Part shown: positions 43,825 to 53,888 of the stretch, in pieces
Layout of the letters: each line of letters opens with the position of its first letter
Numbering within the stretch: the first letter of the stretch is position 1
Assembly: GCA_020773975.1 (NCBI GenBank)
Contig: GCA_020773975.1_3638.1
Reading direction: 5' to 3' (one strand)
From: a phage
Length of the DNA stretch: 64,000 nt
Position numbers and translations under genes: made by a program
The notes under the pieces: generated by a model
Told to the model about the DNA's origin: nothing
Databases searched by the model: none
The model's input: only the letters and a program-made list of their open reading frames with translations

Positions 43825-44822
43825 CAATTGTAAAGGCCAAAGCCATTAAGGAGAAGGGTATTGCACTGTGTCATGAGCTTCAAGGGTATTCTGCTAATTT
43901 AAGACCAGTATCACTTCTTATGAAGTCTGATCTTAAACCTGAGCAGCTTACTAAAGACGTTATCAAAGCCCTCCAGCAAGTAACTGTTACAATGAGCTTT
44001 GAAGAATTTCTGCGTAGATTCTTCTACATGTGGCATGATGATGCAGAACTGCTGGCAAAACTTCTTGGTTTTGAAACTGAACTTGAATACGATGCGGCGC
44101 AAAACCCTGATGATGAATTTATTGTGGCGTGGAATGCACAACATCAAGAATTTCTTGAAGAACGCGTGCAAGCAATAACAATTGCTAAAGCTGCTCACGA
44201 AGGTAAAGAATTAGATCTCGCTAAACAATATGAGTTGCTAAAATTACAACAATTGTTTGAAAAAGGTGTTGCAGAATTAGGAGTCACTTTCGTAGAGGGT
44301 GATGATAAAGATCTCCAGGTGACTGGGGTCGTCAAAGAAGCAGGTTCAAAACCTGTAGTTGATAAATCCAAGAAAAAAGAGGAGACCTCAGTGTCTAATA
44401 ATGTTGATGTGACCAAATCTCAGGAATATCTGGATCTGGTTAAAAAATTAGAAGAAGCTGAAGCCAAAGCTGCTAAAGCTGATGAAATTATCAAAGCTGC
44501 CGTTGAAGTGGAAAAGAAAGAAGCTCTGAATAAAGCAAAAACTTTCACTTTCGCTGCTGACTCTGATCATGAAGCACTGGCTAACTTTATTATCGAGAAA
44601 GCTAATGCTCCTGTGGTGACTATTCTGGAAAAAGCACAAGCTCGTATTAAGGAGCTTGAAGAAGAAGTTAAGACTGTGAAAAAAGAATTTGCTACCGCTG
44701 AACATGGTTCCGGTGCTGAAGCTACTACAGACGACATTAATAAGTCTGCTGAAGATATTCTGAAAGCCAACGTAGAAAAAGCTCGCGCCCGTGCACGCGA
44801 AGCGGCTGCAATGAACGCGTAA
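43821..44822 (+). CDS. Putative scaffolding protein
   Basis: Highly charged, alpha-helical/coiled-coil (EEAEAKAAKADEIIKAAVEVEKKEALNKAK); upstream of the capsid gene. Confidence 0.4.
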   Translation: MTIVKAKAIKEKGIALCHELQGYSANLRPVSLLMKSDLKPEQLTKDVIKALQQVTVTMSFEEFLRRFFYMWHDDAELLAKLLGFETELEYDAAQNPDDEFIVAWNAQHQEFLEERVQAITIAKAAHEGKELDLAKQYELLKLQQLFEKGVAELGVTFVEGDDKDLQVTGVVKEAGSKPVVDKSKKKEETSVSNNVDVTKSQEYLDLVKKLEEAEAKAAKADEIIKAAVEVEKKEALNKAKTFTFAADSDHEALANFIIEKANAPVVTILEKAQARIKELEEEVKTVKKEFATAEHGSGAEATTDDINKSAEDILKANVEKARARAREAAAMNA

Positions 44823-44840
44823 TTCGAGGAGATTAAATAA

Positions 44841-45263
44841 ATGGCTAATCCAATTCAAGGTTTCTACTCTGACATTGTACTGGGTAAAGTTGATTCTTCT
44901 GACCAAGGCTATAGCTTCAAGGAAATGGAGATTCAGTACGCAGCAGGTATGAAAGCAGGTATGATCGTTAAAGAAGATGGTACTCTAGCTGCATCTGGTG
45001 ATGCTGCGCAGGCTTATGGTGTTCTGGTTGACCATGACCTTGTACCTGCATACGAACCTGTTACCCCGTTCAAAGTAGGAACTAAATATAATTTTGTTGT
45101 TGCTGTTCGTGGCCTTACTCTGAATAAGTCCAAGATTGTGTTCTCTGATGGTTCTACTGGAATTGACGAGACTGCTATTAAAGCTCTTGAGGCAAGAGGT
45201 CTGAAAATCACCGATAAATATTACGATGGTTCTGAAGATATTAAAGTAACGGCTATCAGCTAA
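44841..45263 (+). CDS. Putative head decoration/auxiliary capsid protein
   Basis: 140 aa ORF directly upstream of the major capsid gene with strong RBS. Confidence 0.3.
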   Translation: MANPIQGFYSDIVLGKVDSSDQGYSFKEMEIQYAAGMKAGMIVKEDGTLAASGDAAQAYGVLVDHDLVPAYEPVTPFKVGTKYNFVVAVRGLTLNKSKIVFSDGSTGIDETAIKALEARGLKITDKYYDGSEDIKVTAIS

Positions 45264-45286
45264 TTTGCATCAAGGAGAATTTATAA

Positions 45287-46300
45287 ATGGCAGCAGTACA
45301 GACTAACGACTTTCAAATCGTAAACCTTGGCGCAGCACTGGAACTTGTTCCACGTCAGTATCGCCTGATTACCAACATGGATCTGTTCACCGCTTACCAT
45401 GGTGAAACCACAATTGCTCGTGTTGAGCGTGTTGACGAAATTGTTGCGGATATTCCTGCACGTCGTCGTGGTGGAGAACGTAACTATGTGGGTAGTGAAA
45501 AAGCCCAAATCAAGAACTTCAACATTCCGTTCTTCCCTCTGGATCGTCAGATCACTGCGGCAGATGTTCAGAACTTCCGTAAATACTTCACTACGGACGC
45601 TCCGAGAACTGTTGAAGACGTAGTTGCTCGCGTAGTTAAGCGTATTCGCGTTTCTCATGAACAACTGAAAGAAAAAGCAATGGTTCAGGCAATCATGGGT
45701 AAATCATGGTCTCCACAAGATCCGACCGCACAGTACAACTACTTTACTGAGTGGGGAGTTACCCAGCATACTGCCAATATCAACTTCACAGATGTTGCAG
45801 TTGACCCGTCTGACCTGATTGAGAAAGACGCTCGTGCATACATTATCGACAATGCAGGTGATAACGGCAATAACTACAATATCATTGTTCTGGCTTCTCG
45901 TAAATGGTTCTCTGCTCTGATCGCCCATCCGCTGATCATGAACGCTTACCAGTATTACTCTTCTACCCAAGAGCCGCTGCGTCGTCGTCTGGGTATGGGT
46001 TCTGAGAATGCCAACAACCGTATGTTTGTTCATAAGAACGTAACCTACATTGAAGACATCTCTGGATATATCCCAGATGGTGAGGCGTACATCCTGCCGC
46101 AAGGTATTGATGATATGTTCCAGATCCATTACGCTCCGGCAGACGATGTTCGTGAAGCGAACACTGTAGCTGAAGAACTGTACCTGTGGTACAAATCTTC
46201 TGCATATCTGCGTGAAGAGAAAGTTGAATCTGAGACTTCCTTCTTGACGGTTAACACCCGTCCTGAACTGGTTGTACGTTCTACAGGTACTTTCGCATAA
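45287..46300 (+). CDS. Putative major capsid protein
   Basis: 337 aa, strong RBS, biased codon usage, followed by a strong terminator. Confidence 0.5.
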   Translation: MAAVQTNDFQIVNLGAALELVPRQYRLITNMDLFTAYHGETTIARVERVDEIVADIPARRRGGERNYVGSEKAQIKNFNIPFFPLDRQITAADVQNFRKYFTTDAPRTVEDVVARVVKRIRVSHEQLKEKAMVQAIMGKSWSPQDPTAQYNYFTEWGVTQHTANINFTDVAVDPSDLIEKDARAYIIDNAGDNGNNYNIIVLASRKWFSALIAHPLIMNAYQYYSSTQEPLRRRLGMGSENANNRMFVHKNVTYIEDISGYIPDGEAYILPQGIDDMFQIHYAPADDVREANTVAEELYLWYKSSAYLREEKVESETSFLTVNTRPELVVRSTGTFA

Positions 46301-46324
46301 GATAGCTTAAATGCTACCTCTAAT

Positions 46325-46356
46325 GAGGGGAGGTGATAATTCACCTCCCCTTTTTC
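46325..46356 (+). terminator. Strong rho-independent terminator after the capsid gene
   Basis: 10 bp stem ggggaggtga/tcacctcccc with taat loop, followed by ttttt. Confidence 0.65.
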
Positions 46357-46431
46357 ACATTCTGACTTTAATAATAACCACTTATCCTGTATTGTAAAGT
46401 GGTTTTTACTAAGGAATAAAAAGGAGAATTT

Positions 46432-46938
46432 ATGGCGAATCAAAATTATCGTATTTTCCCTAACAAAGTTGAGCTGTTTAAATTTTTCGGAGCATATGCA
46501 CCACAATTGAATGCAGCAGTATCTGCAAGACTGCCTTTGAACGGTTTGTGTGTGGGGACACAACACAAGGCATTCCGAAATACGGTTGAATTTTTCACTG
46601 CTCTTGCTGAGATGTCTGGTCTGGATGTTGATGCGCAGCATTCTACCATTCGTATGGGTTCTTATATCGTATTCTTTAATAAAGATATTCCTAATCCAAA
46701 CAGTATGGGTAAGATAGTTGATGCTAAGATTGTTACAGCACAAGAGAAGAAAGATGGAGAGCCACTTTCAGTTGAAGAGATTTTGGCTGAAGCAGAGAAG
46801 TTGAATGACGAAACTGATAAGAAAGGTAGTAAGGATAAACTGGCTGAGTTTGCACTCTCTAAAGGTGTTACATTGGCTAAGAATAAATCTTTTGAGAAGA
46901 TGATTGCTGATTTAAAATCTGAATTAGAAGTATCCTAA
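46432..46938 (+). CDS. Hypothetical structural protein
   Basis: ORF with RBS aaggag. Confidence 0.35.
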   Translation: MANQNYRIFPNKVELFKFFGAYAPQLNAAVSARLPLNGLCVGTQHKAFRNTVEFFTALAEMSGLDVDAQHSTIRMGSYIVFFNKDIPNPNSMGKIVDAKIVTAQEKKDGEPLSVEEILAEAEKLNDETDKKGSKDKLAEFALSKGVTLAKNKSFEKMIADLKSELEVS

Positions 46939-46956
46939 TTTTTAAGGAGTTAAGCC

Positions 46957-48234
46957 ATGACAGCAACTACAGGTGTTGGCGGGTTAATTTATGGTCGTGC
47001 ATTAGTTGACCAGAAAACAGGAAAGAAAATAAATTTTGATGAGTTGGGTGGTGGGAATATCCCAGAAGATATAACAGAACTTATTGCATCTAAAGCCCCA
47101 ATAGAAAGCCCTTCATTTACAGGGAAACCTCAAGCACCAACACCATCGGATGATGCGGTAGGGAAGGAAATAACTAATGTAGAGTATGTTAAAAATCTAA
47201 TTGCAAAACTAGTTAACTCAGCACCTGAGACATTGGACACTCTCAATGAGTTGGCAAAAGCATTAGGTGATGACCCCAATTTTGCGACAACGGTCACTAA
47301 TGAACTGGCAGGTAAACAGCCGCTGAACGACGTGCTGACGGCAATCAGTGAACTGAAGCAACGGGCAGATAATCTTCTGTGCTTTAATCAGGACGGGAAT
47401 GCTTCACTGTCCCCGCTGTCAGAAAAAGCCCGGTCACTGCTGGCACTGGACACGACAGAAGCCATGCGCACGGAGCTTGAACTGAAGGCTGCCGCGACAA
47501 TGGATGTTCAGAGCGATATCCGTGACCGCACAGAAGGGCGTCTGGCCCTGCCGGGAGCATATGGTTACGGGCGTCTGTTCGCGTACGATGAGCACCTTTA
47601 CGTGAACGACGAACCCCAGGGCAGGAACTGGATAAAGAGTGCCACGCCGGGACGGTATGCGCTTACTTTTCGCGATGTCTCCTGGCTGCTTCCCGGCGTG
47701 AAAACATTTTCCGGCATTATTGATGTACTCCAGTCACCATTCACCATCAGTGATGATGAGCGTGGTGCCAAAAACATGACACTGGTCTGTTATAACCAGC
47801 GTGGTGATGGTGAAAACAGCATTCATATAGTCAGCTACAGTGTTTCCGGTGATGAGCTGAGCTTCACATCGTCCACTGTTGTCTCAGACGGTCTTTCACT
47901 GGCCCGGTTGATGTCGGTGACGACAGGAGAGGGGCCGTCATCCTGGTACAGGTATCCGGATGTTGGCGCGCCAGTTCTGGCTGTGTATCAGGGAACAGCG
48001 GCCGGAGATAACTCAGTCAAAATAGGCCTGGGAGATACGGTGCCGGGGTCACGACTTGGTCCGGTGAGTATTACCTGTACATTCAGTCAGTCTGGCATAT
48101 CGGAGTCCACACCGTCTGTAAACACAGGAGGTGCAGGTGCATACAGTTTTCCGGGGCGTTATCAGGCGCTGTCCGGGTGGAAGCAGGGAGGGTCAGCCCG
48201 TGGCTGTATCTGCCTGTTCGTGCGCATTGAGTAA
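46957..48234 (+). CDS. Tail fibre protein (chimeric: AT-rich N-terminal part, GC-rich C-terminal part from ~47330)
   Basis: N-terminal SPSFTGKPQAPTP...NELAGKQPLNDVLTAISEL resembles the conserved joint of T4 gp37/lambda Stf-type fibres; abrupt rise in GC after ~47330. Confidence 0.55.
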   Translation: MTATTGVGGLIYGRALVDQKTGKKINFDELGGGNIPEDITELIASKAPIESPSFTGKPQAPTPSDDAVGKEITNVEYVKNLIAKLVNSAPETLDTLNELAKALGDDPNFATTVTNELAGKQPLNDVLTAISELKQRADNLLCFNQDGNASLSPLSEKARSLLALDTTEAMRTELELKAAATMDVQSDIRDRTEGRLALPGAYGYGRLFAYDEHLYVNDEPQGRNWIKSATPGRYALTFRDVSWLLPGVKTFSGIIDVLQSPFTISDDERGAKNMTLVCYNQRGDGENSIHIVSYSVSGDELSFTSSTVVSDGLSLARLMSVTTGEGPSSWYRYPDVGAPVLAVYQGTAAGDNSVKIGLGDTVPGSRLGPVSITCTFSQSGISESTPSVNTGGAGAYSFPGRYQALSGWKQGGSARGCICLFVRIE

Positions 48235-48249
48235 CGGGGTAAATAAGGC

Positions 48250-48825
48250 ATGAAAATCAGAGCGGTAAAAGGCATCAGAAACGCACATTATCTTGAAAAT
48301 GGTGCGGTTGACTGCGAGGTGTTATTTGAAGGCGAAACGGAATTCGTTCCGTATACCGCCATGCGTGACGACAGCGCCCGGACAGGGCGGTATATCTGGC
48401 GGGAGCTGCAAAGCGGCAAATGGGGTGAAGTCGCGCCGTTTACCGTCACGCCTGAACGTATCGCTGCGGCAAAAGCAGCCAAAAAACAGGAAATCGAGGC
48501 ATGGCAAACAGAGCAGGAAGCGCTGGCGTTCACGTTCGAATGGAACGGTCGAACGTGGAATGGAGGTGCGTCCTCAGTATCCCGTCTCACGCCAGCGGTG
48601 ATGACGGCAAAGTCAGAGAGTCGCGAGGAGACAGAGTGGAGTGATGCGGAAAACAGGCGGGTGAAGCTGTCGTTGCAGAAACTGGAAGAGTTGCTTACAG
48701 CGATGGTGCAGGAGCAGGTTATTCGCAACGATGAGATTTATCGCCGGCAGCGGGAGATGAAGGATGAACTGAATAACCTGGAGGATTTAAGCTCAATCAG
48801 AGCGATGACGATTAGCAGCAGTTAG
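48250..48825 (+). CDS. Tail fibre assembly protein (Tfa-like chaperone)
   Basis: C-terminal ...NDEIYRRQREMKDELNNLEDLSSIRAMT typical of lambda/Mu-type Tfa; GC-rich like the fibre 3' end. Confidence 0.55.
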   Translation: MKIRAVKGIRNAHYLENGAVDCEVLFEGETEFVPYTAMRDDSARTGRYIWRELQSGKWGEVAPFTVTPERIAAAKAAKKQEIEAWQTEQEALAFTFEWNGRTWNGGASSVSRLTPAVMTAKSESREETEWSDAENRRVKLSLQKLEELLTAMVQEQVIRNDEIYRRQREMKDELNNLEDLSSIRAMTISSS

Positions 48826-49192
48826 CGGTCAATTAGCCCAGAAAAAAAAACGCGAAGTTACAAAAGAGTGGAGAAAACGGGAAGAAAGCTCTACAACTAT
48901 TGTTTCCTATAATGGTGCAAGGTATGATGTTGATAATGCAACTCTTGATCGTATTTATCCAGTATTATTAGCACAAAAAGCATCCTCGGCTAGGCAAGCT
49001 GTGATTTGGAGAGATGTTGATAACAGACCTGTTGAGATGAGTAGCTCTGAATTTGAAAATCTTGTTGTAGCTATGTCTTCCGAGTTGGCAACCAAGAATG
49101 ATACAATATACACTAGGCAACGAGAGATGAAAGACCAAGTGCTTTCAGCCTCTACAGTTGAGGAATTGCAAAGTATAACAATTGGGTGGTAG
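48809..49192 (+). pseudogene. Remnant of a second, AT-rich tfa paralogue (C-terminal part, no start codon, different frame)
   Basis: Frame translation ...DVDNRPVEMSSSEFENLVVAMSSELATKNDTIYTRQREMKDQVLSASTVEELQSI parallels the Tfa C-terminus; only a GTG at 49001 is available as start. Confidence 0.4.
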
Positions 49193-49494
49193 CTACGGAT
49201 TATAAGGATAAAGTTGTCAATGCTGAAGTTATACTTCCAGATGGGCATAGTATTGGAGGATCAGGACTCCCAAACCAATCTTTTAAATTATACACAGAAG
49301 ACACCGCGACCATAAAACTTTCAGGTAATGGTGAAAAAGCAACACCACTTAAAGGTGTTGTTGTGGTGGCAGAAGATGAAAATAATGCTCTCCAAGCTGG
49401 AGATAATGGGTTAGCTGGAGTAATACCCGAAGCAGGTGCTGATGAAGCCTCACATGAATTTAATTATGTTGTTCAATATAGTTACACAAGTTAA
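49186..49494 (+). CDS. Hypothetical protein
   Basis: ORF only. Confidence 0.3.
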   Translation: MVATDYKDKVVNAEVILPDGHSIGGSGLPNQSFKLYTEDTATIKLSGNGEKATPLKGVVVVAEDENNALQAGDNGLAGVIPEAGADEASHEFNYVVQYSYTS

Positions 49495-49505
49495 AAGGAG
49501 AAAAT

Positions 49506-49763
49506 ATGGCAACAAATGGCGTAGCAGGTAAAGTATATGCATCAAGCCTTATTGATATAAAAACTGGAAAATCTGTGAAAATCGAAGATATTGTTGCTGG
49601 AGGCTCAGATAGCTATGTTCTTCCAGCGGCTACGGAATCAGTATTAGGAGGTGTTAAGAAAGCACAAACACAAGCAGATTCTGTGGCTTCAGATGTCTCT
49701 ACGTTGGTCAACGATTTTAATGCTTTGCTTGCCAAATTGAAAGCCGCTGGTATTATGTCGTGA
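49506..49763 (+). CDS. Small protein similar to the tail-fibre N-terminus
   Basis: MATNGVAGKVYASSLIDIKTGKSVKIEDIVAGG parallels MTATTGVGGLIYGRALVDQKTGKKINFDELGGG of the 46957 fibre. Confidence 0.35.
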   Translation: MATNGVAGKVYASSLIDIKTGKSVKIEDIVAGGSDSYVLPAATESVLGGVKKAQTQADSVASDVSTLVNDFNALLAKLKAAGIMS

Positions 49764-49765
49764 TA

Positions 49766-49792
49766 AAAAGACCCTTCGGGGTCTTTTATTTT
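49766..49792. terminator. Bidirectional rho-independent terminator
   Basis: gaccc-ttcg-gggtc hairpin flanked by A-run and T-run; between convergent genes. Confidence 0.6.
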
Positions 49793-50190
49793 AGGATTCC
49801 TTGCACTCCTTTATCCAAGTTTGCATTAATATACACTTCCCGCCCATCTTTGTAAAAAGTGCAGATGTATTTTCCAGTGTAAGATTGTTTTCCTGAGATA
49901 ATTGCGACATCATCAAAATATTGATATGCTTCCGCCTGTTCTGCTATCCTACCCTCGAAACCTGATGACACAACAATAACGCCTGGTTTAAATGCTTCTC
50001 TAAATCTCTTATCGCAAGATAATTGTACAATACGGCTAATTGCCTCATCTTTTTCTTCTGGCGACAACCAACTTGCCTCGACAGATTTATAATCATTAAT
50101 ATCTGGGTTCTTTTTCACATATTGGAAAGTTCCCGCTGCAATAACAGCACAGACGCACAGACCAATTGTAATTTTTAAAATATTTTTCAT
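49786..50190 (-). CDS. Reverse-oriented lipoprotein (moron-like insertion in the structural module)
   Basis: Signal peptide with lipobox-like LCVCAV; own promoter-like element at ~50200-50260 (rc TTGACA); opposite strand to all neighbours. Confidence 0.45.
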   Translation of the reverse strand: MKNILKITIGLCVCAVIAAGTFQYVKKNPDINDYKSVEASWLSPEEKDEAISRIVQLSCDKRFREAFKPGVIVVSSGFEGRIAEQAEAYQYFDDVAIISGKQSYTGKYICTFYKDGREVYINANLDKGVQGILK

Positions 50191-50317
50191 AAATCCTCCA
50201 TAGCAATTGTTGTGTTTATCTTACCTACGGAATTTTTCGTGTCAAGCGTTTTTAATGACAAAAATTGTATTTTGTGATAATATAGTTACTGACAAGTAAC
50301 ATAAAATGGAGAGTTAG

Positions 50318-50836
50318 ATGACAGACCAAGAAATTGTTGATTACATCAGGCTCCTGCTTGGGTCAATATCCCCAGAGGCACTACCTGATGAAGTTATCAT
50401 GGCATTCCTTGAGATGGAGAAAAAAAGAGCAAACTGGCCTAACCCATCATCCACGCCTTGCGACATGTGGAAAGTGGTCTATAACACAATGGTGGCTGTA
50501 TTAAGATGGTTAATTCTTCAAGAGATAAATTCTGGCGAGGCATCCATCACAGAAAGATTGGAAAAGATAGGTGATGAGACAATACAGGTGAAAGGCGGCT
50601 CATCATACCAGAACTGGAAAGATTTTCTGGACTGGCTACTGCAAAACCCTGATTACGTCAATAGTTGTCTGAATGGTGTCTCTGGTTTGATTATTGTAGG
50701 TGGTGTGCGGCAGGATGAGTTTTGGCGTGTCAAGAACAATCCAAACTCCAGAAGCCCGTTTGATGTTTCTGGTATAGTTCCTCAAACAGGAGTCCCCGGT
50801 ATTCCTCGGAGATACCCAAAACACAGGTATTATTGA
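50318..50836 (+). CDS. Hypothetical structural protein
   Basis: ORF in the late operon. Confidence 0.3.
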   Translation: MTDQEIVDYIRLLLGSISPEALPDEVIMAFLEMEKKRANWPNPSSTPCDMWKVVYNTMVAVLRWLILQEINSGEASITERLEKIGDETIQVKGGSSYQNWKDFLDWLLQNPDYVNSCLNGVSGLIIVGGVRQDEFWRVKNNPNSRSPFDVSGIVPQTGVPGIPRRYPKHRYY

Positions 50837-50901
50837 CAATCGTATTCCTAATTATTGATTTTGCTTGGATAATGTGGTAAAATACCTTAACGGGAGTTCT
50901 T

Positions 50902-51378
50902 ATGAGAACAAAATTTAAATCTCATCAAGATTTAAGTGCTTTGGAGAATTTTTATAACTCTGTACAGCAACTTGATAAAAAACAAGTCTCCTATGGTTAT
51001 TATGATGACCCACACTATTCAGGACTAAATACTGCAACTCTGGCAGCTATCCATGAACAAGGCTGGAATAATCTTCCAGCCCGTACATTCATAACTAGCG
51101 CGGCTGTGTCCTTTCAAAAGGATTTGGAGAAATTACAGAAGGAGTTATTCGGCACGTTAGCATCTGGAAGTAATAATCCAACCCCAATGCTGAAAAAAAT
51201 TGGTAAAGCAGGTGCTGAAAAAATTAAGTTTGTAATAGACTCTGGTCTTTTCCCTCATAATACTGTATCAGATGCATGGGCAGATGTCAAAGGTTTTAGC
51301 GCAGCTATGTATCATTATGGGGATTTAAGAGATTCCACAACTTATAAAATTTCGAACAGAAGAGGTTCAGGGGCGTAA
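50902..51378 (+). CDS. Hypothetical structural protein
   Basis: ORF in the late operon. Confidence 0.3.
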   Translation: MRTKFKSHQDLSALENFYNSVQQLDKKQVSYGYYDDPHYSGLNTATLAAIHEQGWNNLPARTFITSAAVSFQKDLEKLQKELFGTLASGSNNPTPMLKKIGKAGAEKIKFVIDSGLFPHNTVSDAWADVKGFSAAMYHYGDLRDSTTYKISNRRGSGA

Positions 51379-51381
51379 ATT

Positions 51382-51816
51382 ATGGCGGGATACAAACTTA
51401 TAGGCAAGAACAAATTGATACCCAGAGTCACCATGAAAGGTAGACACAGACAGTTCAAAAAGACAGACTTAGATAATCCATTTGAAAATGGTGGGTTGGA
51501 TATTGAGTATGTTGAATTTGATGTACCTGAATGTGTCGTTCAACCTATTAGTGGTAAAGCAGCTAGGGATTATACGTCCCAATTAGTTCCTGAAGGTGGT
51601 AGGCAGTATGATTCCTTTACTGTGTATTCATCTGTGATGTTGAAAGGCCCAGTTGAAGGGTCTGATAACATGGCTGATCAGATCCTATTAATGAACTCTC
51701 GTGGTGAGATGGAGTGGTTCACAGTTATTAAATCTGATTTGTATCAGACCACAGGTGTCTCTAGGTTCAGAGCTTATGTGGTGGCAATACCAGAAGGGAC
51801 AAACGGAGGTATTTAA
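51382..51816 (+). CDS. Hypothetical structural protein
   Basis: ORF in the late operon. Confidence 0.3.
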   Translation: MAGYKLIGKNKLIPRVTMKGRHRQFKKTDLDNPFENGGLDIEYVEFDVPECVVQPISGKAARDYTSQLVPEGGRQYDSFTVYSSVMLKGPVEGSDNMADQILLMNSRGEMEWFTVIKSDLYQTTGVSRFRAYVVAIPEGTNGGI

Positions 51817-52346
51817 TGACTGATTTTATCAGTACAGATGAAATCTTCGATGCTTTGACGAAAACAATAGGTTCTTTTTGTAAAGAAGTTACTGGTAGGA
51901 AAGTCGTGCTGGCAGGGGAAGATGAAATACCTAAAGTTGATGGTGAGTTTATTCTAGTGGATCTTACTGCTGTAGATCAGCTTGACTGGCAATCAGACGA
52001 TGGATTTACTGATGATGGTCGAGCGATGACAGTTCATAACTATGAAATTGTATATACATTGACTGCTTATCGTGGTAAAGCACCAAATGCCCTAAGTCGT
52101 ATTTTACAAGCTATGAACTTACCTTTTATATACGATAAGTATTTCCCAACTAATTCACCTTTTGCATATTCCTCCTCTTCAACAATATCTCGGTTGAGAG
52201 TTCCTTTGAATGTCCAAAAATATGAAACTCGGGCTGTAGTGCTGATAACTTTTAATGTTTGCTTTGCAGAAACAGACACTGGAGTTTTCGAAGATTTGGA
52301 AACCCTCAATGCGCAACTTTCATATCATTTTCCGAAAGAGGATTAA
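51816..52346 (+). CDS. Hypothetical structural protein
   Basis: ORF in the late operon. Confidence 0.3.
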   Translation: MTDFISTDEIFDALTKTIGSFCKEVTGRKVVLAGEDEIPKVDGEFILVDLTAVDQLDWQSDDGFTDDGRAMTVHNYEIVYTLTAYRGKAPNALSRILQAMNLPFIYDKYFPTNSPFAYSSSSTISRLRVPLNVQKYETRAVVLITFNVCFAETDTGVFEDLETLNAQLSYHFPKED

Positions 52347-52472
52347 AAGAAATATTTTGGTTATTGATAAGCACTGGCTTATTGGTGATCACGATGTGGA
52401 GAAATAACCCACAACACAGCACAAATAAGTGCTGGTCAATAACTGTACGTACAGAAATAAAAGAGGAAATCG

Positions 52473-53885
52473 ATGGCTTATAATGACAAGGTGGTTGATG
52501 TAACAGTCACACTTGGTACTCAACCAATCGACACAAAAGGGTTTGAAACCCCACTGTTCCTTGCGATCCATAATGTCTTCCCAGAAAGAGTTCGTGCTTA
52601 TACCGAACTTAGTCAATTAGTTGATGATGGATTTGCTGTTGGAACACCTGCATATAATTATGCATCTAAGGCATTTTCTGGAACATTCCGTCCACAATAT
52701 CTGATGATTGGTCGCCAAGGCTTCACCAATACGATTGTGGATTTTACAGACCAGACAAACACAGACCCAGAAACACCTGTAGCTCTAAACTTTGTGACAG
52801 GGGCTTATCAAAAGAGCATACTTGTCAATGTAAATGCATCTTCAGAGCCTTCTACAATTGCTACATCTCTGGCTAACGCTATTAATGCGGATACAACGCT
52901 GAAGACTGTACTTACGGCAACAGCAAGCAAGGCTAAAGTAACAATTGCCCCAAAAGATAGTGGCAAGTTTAGTGTTGGTAAAGACAGCGGAAATATGGTC
53001 ATCACCAATACCTCCGATGAGACAGTTTCTTCTGTTCTTCCGCAGGTTATGACCGCAAATGAGAACTGGTATTTTGTCAGCACTGAGTCACACACAAAAA
53101 CATCTATCTTAAGTGCCGCCGCATTCGCCGCTGCAAATTACAAGATGCATGTCTACTCAACTGCGGATGAAAAATCTAAAACTGCTGATAGTGATTCCAT
53201 CGCAGATGAACTGAAAGCTCTGCAATACGACACCTCTATTGGTATGTACGATCCGCTGGCAGACAGTGCCTATCCAGAAGGAGGAATTATCGGGGCGATG
53301 GCCTCAAATGATCCTTCCTATGGGGATTCTATCCACCTGAAGACTATGGACGGGGTTGTTGCTCCAACCTTGAGTGCAACGGAACGTATGACTATCTGGG
53401 GTAAGAATCTGAACTTCTACCGCATGATTAATGGTGTAGGATCCTTCTATGAAGGCAAATGTGCTTCCGGCAATTATGTAGATGTTGTGAGATTTGGTCA
53501 CTGGCTTAAGTTCCGCACCGAAGAAAGTGTTTTCGGATATATGTCCCGCAGATCCAACATGGGACTGTCTGTTAAAATGAGTGATGATGACCTCCCTAAC
53601 CTGAAGTCTGTCATCATGAATAACCCTATCAACGTAGGTATTTCTAACGGAGCTATTTTAACAGGTTATGATGAGGTTAACAAGGTCTTCTTCGACCCTG
53701 TAATCACAATCCCTCTGCGTGGAAGCATACCTACTAACGATCTGGCAGCACGTACACTTAACAACGTGAAAGTGGAACTGGTATACAACACACCACTACA
53801 TTTTGTCAAGATCCGTATGACTGTCATGCTGGACAAAACAGGTTCAAATTCTGGTAACGCACAGACAGTAACAGCAGGAGTGTAA
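52473..53885 (+). CDS. Putative tail sheath protein
   Basis: 470 aa ORF followed by a ~157 aa ORF, chaperone-like ORFs and a tape measure gene (myovirus order). Confidence 0.45.
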   Translation: MAYNDKVVDVTVTLGTQPIDTKGFETPLFLAIHNVFPERVRAYTELSQLVDDGFAVGTPAYNYASKAFSGTFRPQYLMIGRQGFTNTIVDFTDQTNTDPETPVALNFVTGAYQKSILVNVNASSEPSTIATSLANAINADTTLKTVLTATASKAKVTIAPKDSGKFSVGKDSGNMVITNTSDETVSSVLPQVMTANENWYFVSTESHTKTSILSAAAFAAANYKMHVYSTADEKSKTADSDSIADELKALQYDTSIGMYDPLADSAYPEGGIIGAMASNDPSYGDSIHLKTMDGVVAPTLSATERMTIWGKNLNFYRMINGVGSFYEGKCASGNYVDVVRFGHWLKFRTEESVFGYMSRRSNMGLSVKMSDDDLPNLKSVIMNNPINVGISNGAILTGYDEVNKVFFDPVITIPLRGSIPTNDLAARTLNNVKVELVYNTPLHFVKIRMTVMLDKTGSNSGNAQTVTAGV

Positions 53886-53888
53886 TAA

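Noticed and set aside
44448-44906. Minus-strand ORFs antisense to the scaffold gene (44448..44906, 44567..44770, 44195..44416)
   Set aside because: Low-complexity Ser/Phe-rich translations of the antisense strand of a repetitive coiled-coil gene; no RBS or context.
48288-48728. Overlapping ORFs on both strands within the tfa gene (48288..48728 minus, 48293..48601 plus, 48322..48507 minus)
   Set aside because: GC-rich sequence produces long spurious ORFs in several frames; only the Tfa frame has recognisable homology-like features.
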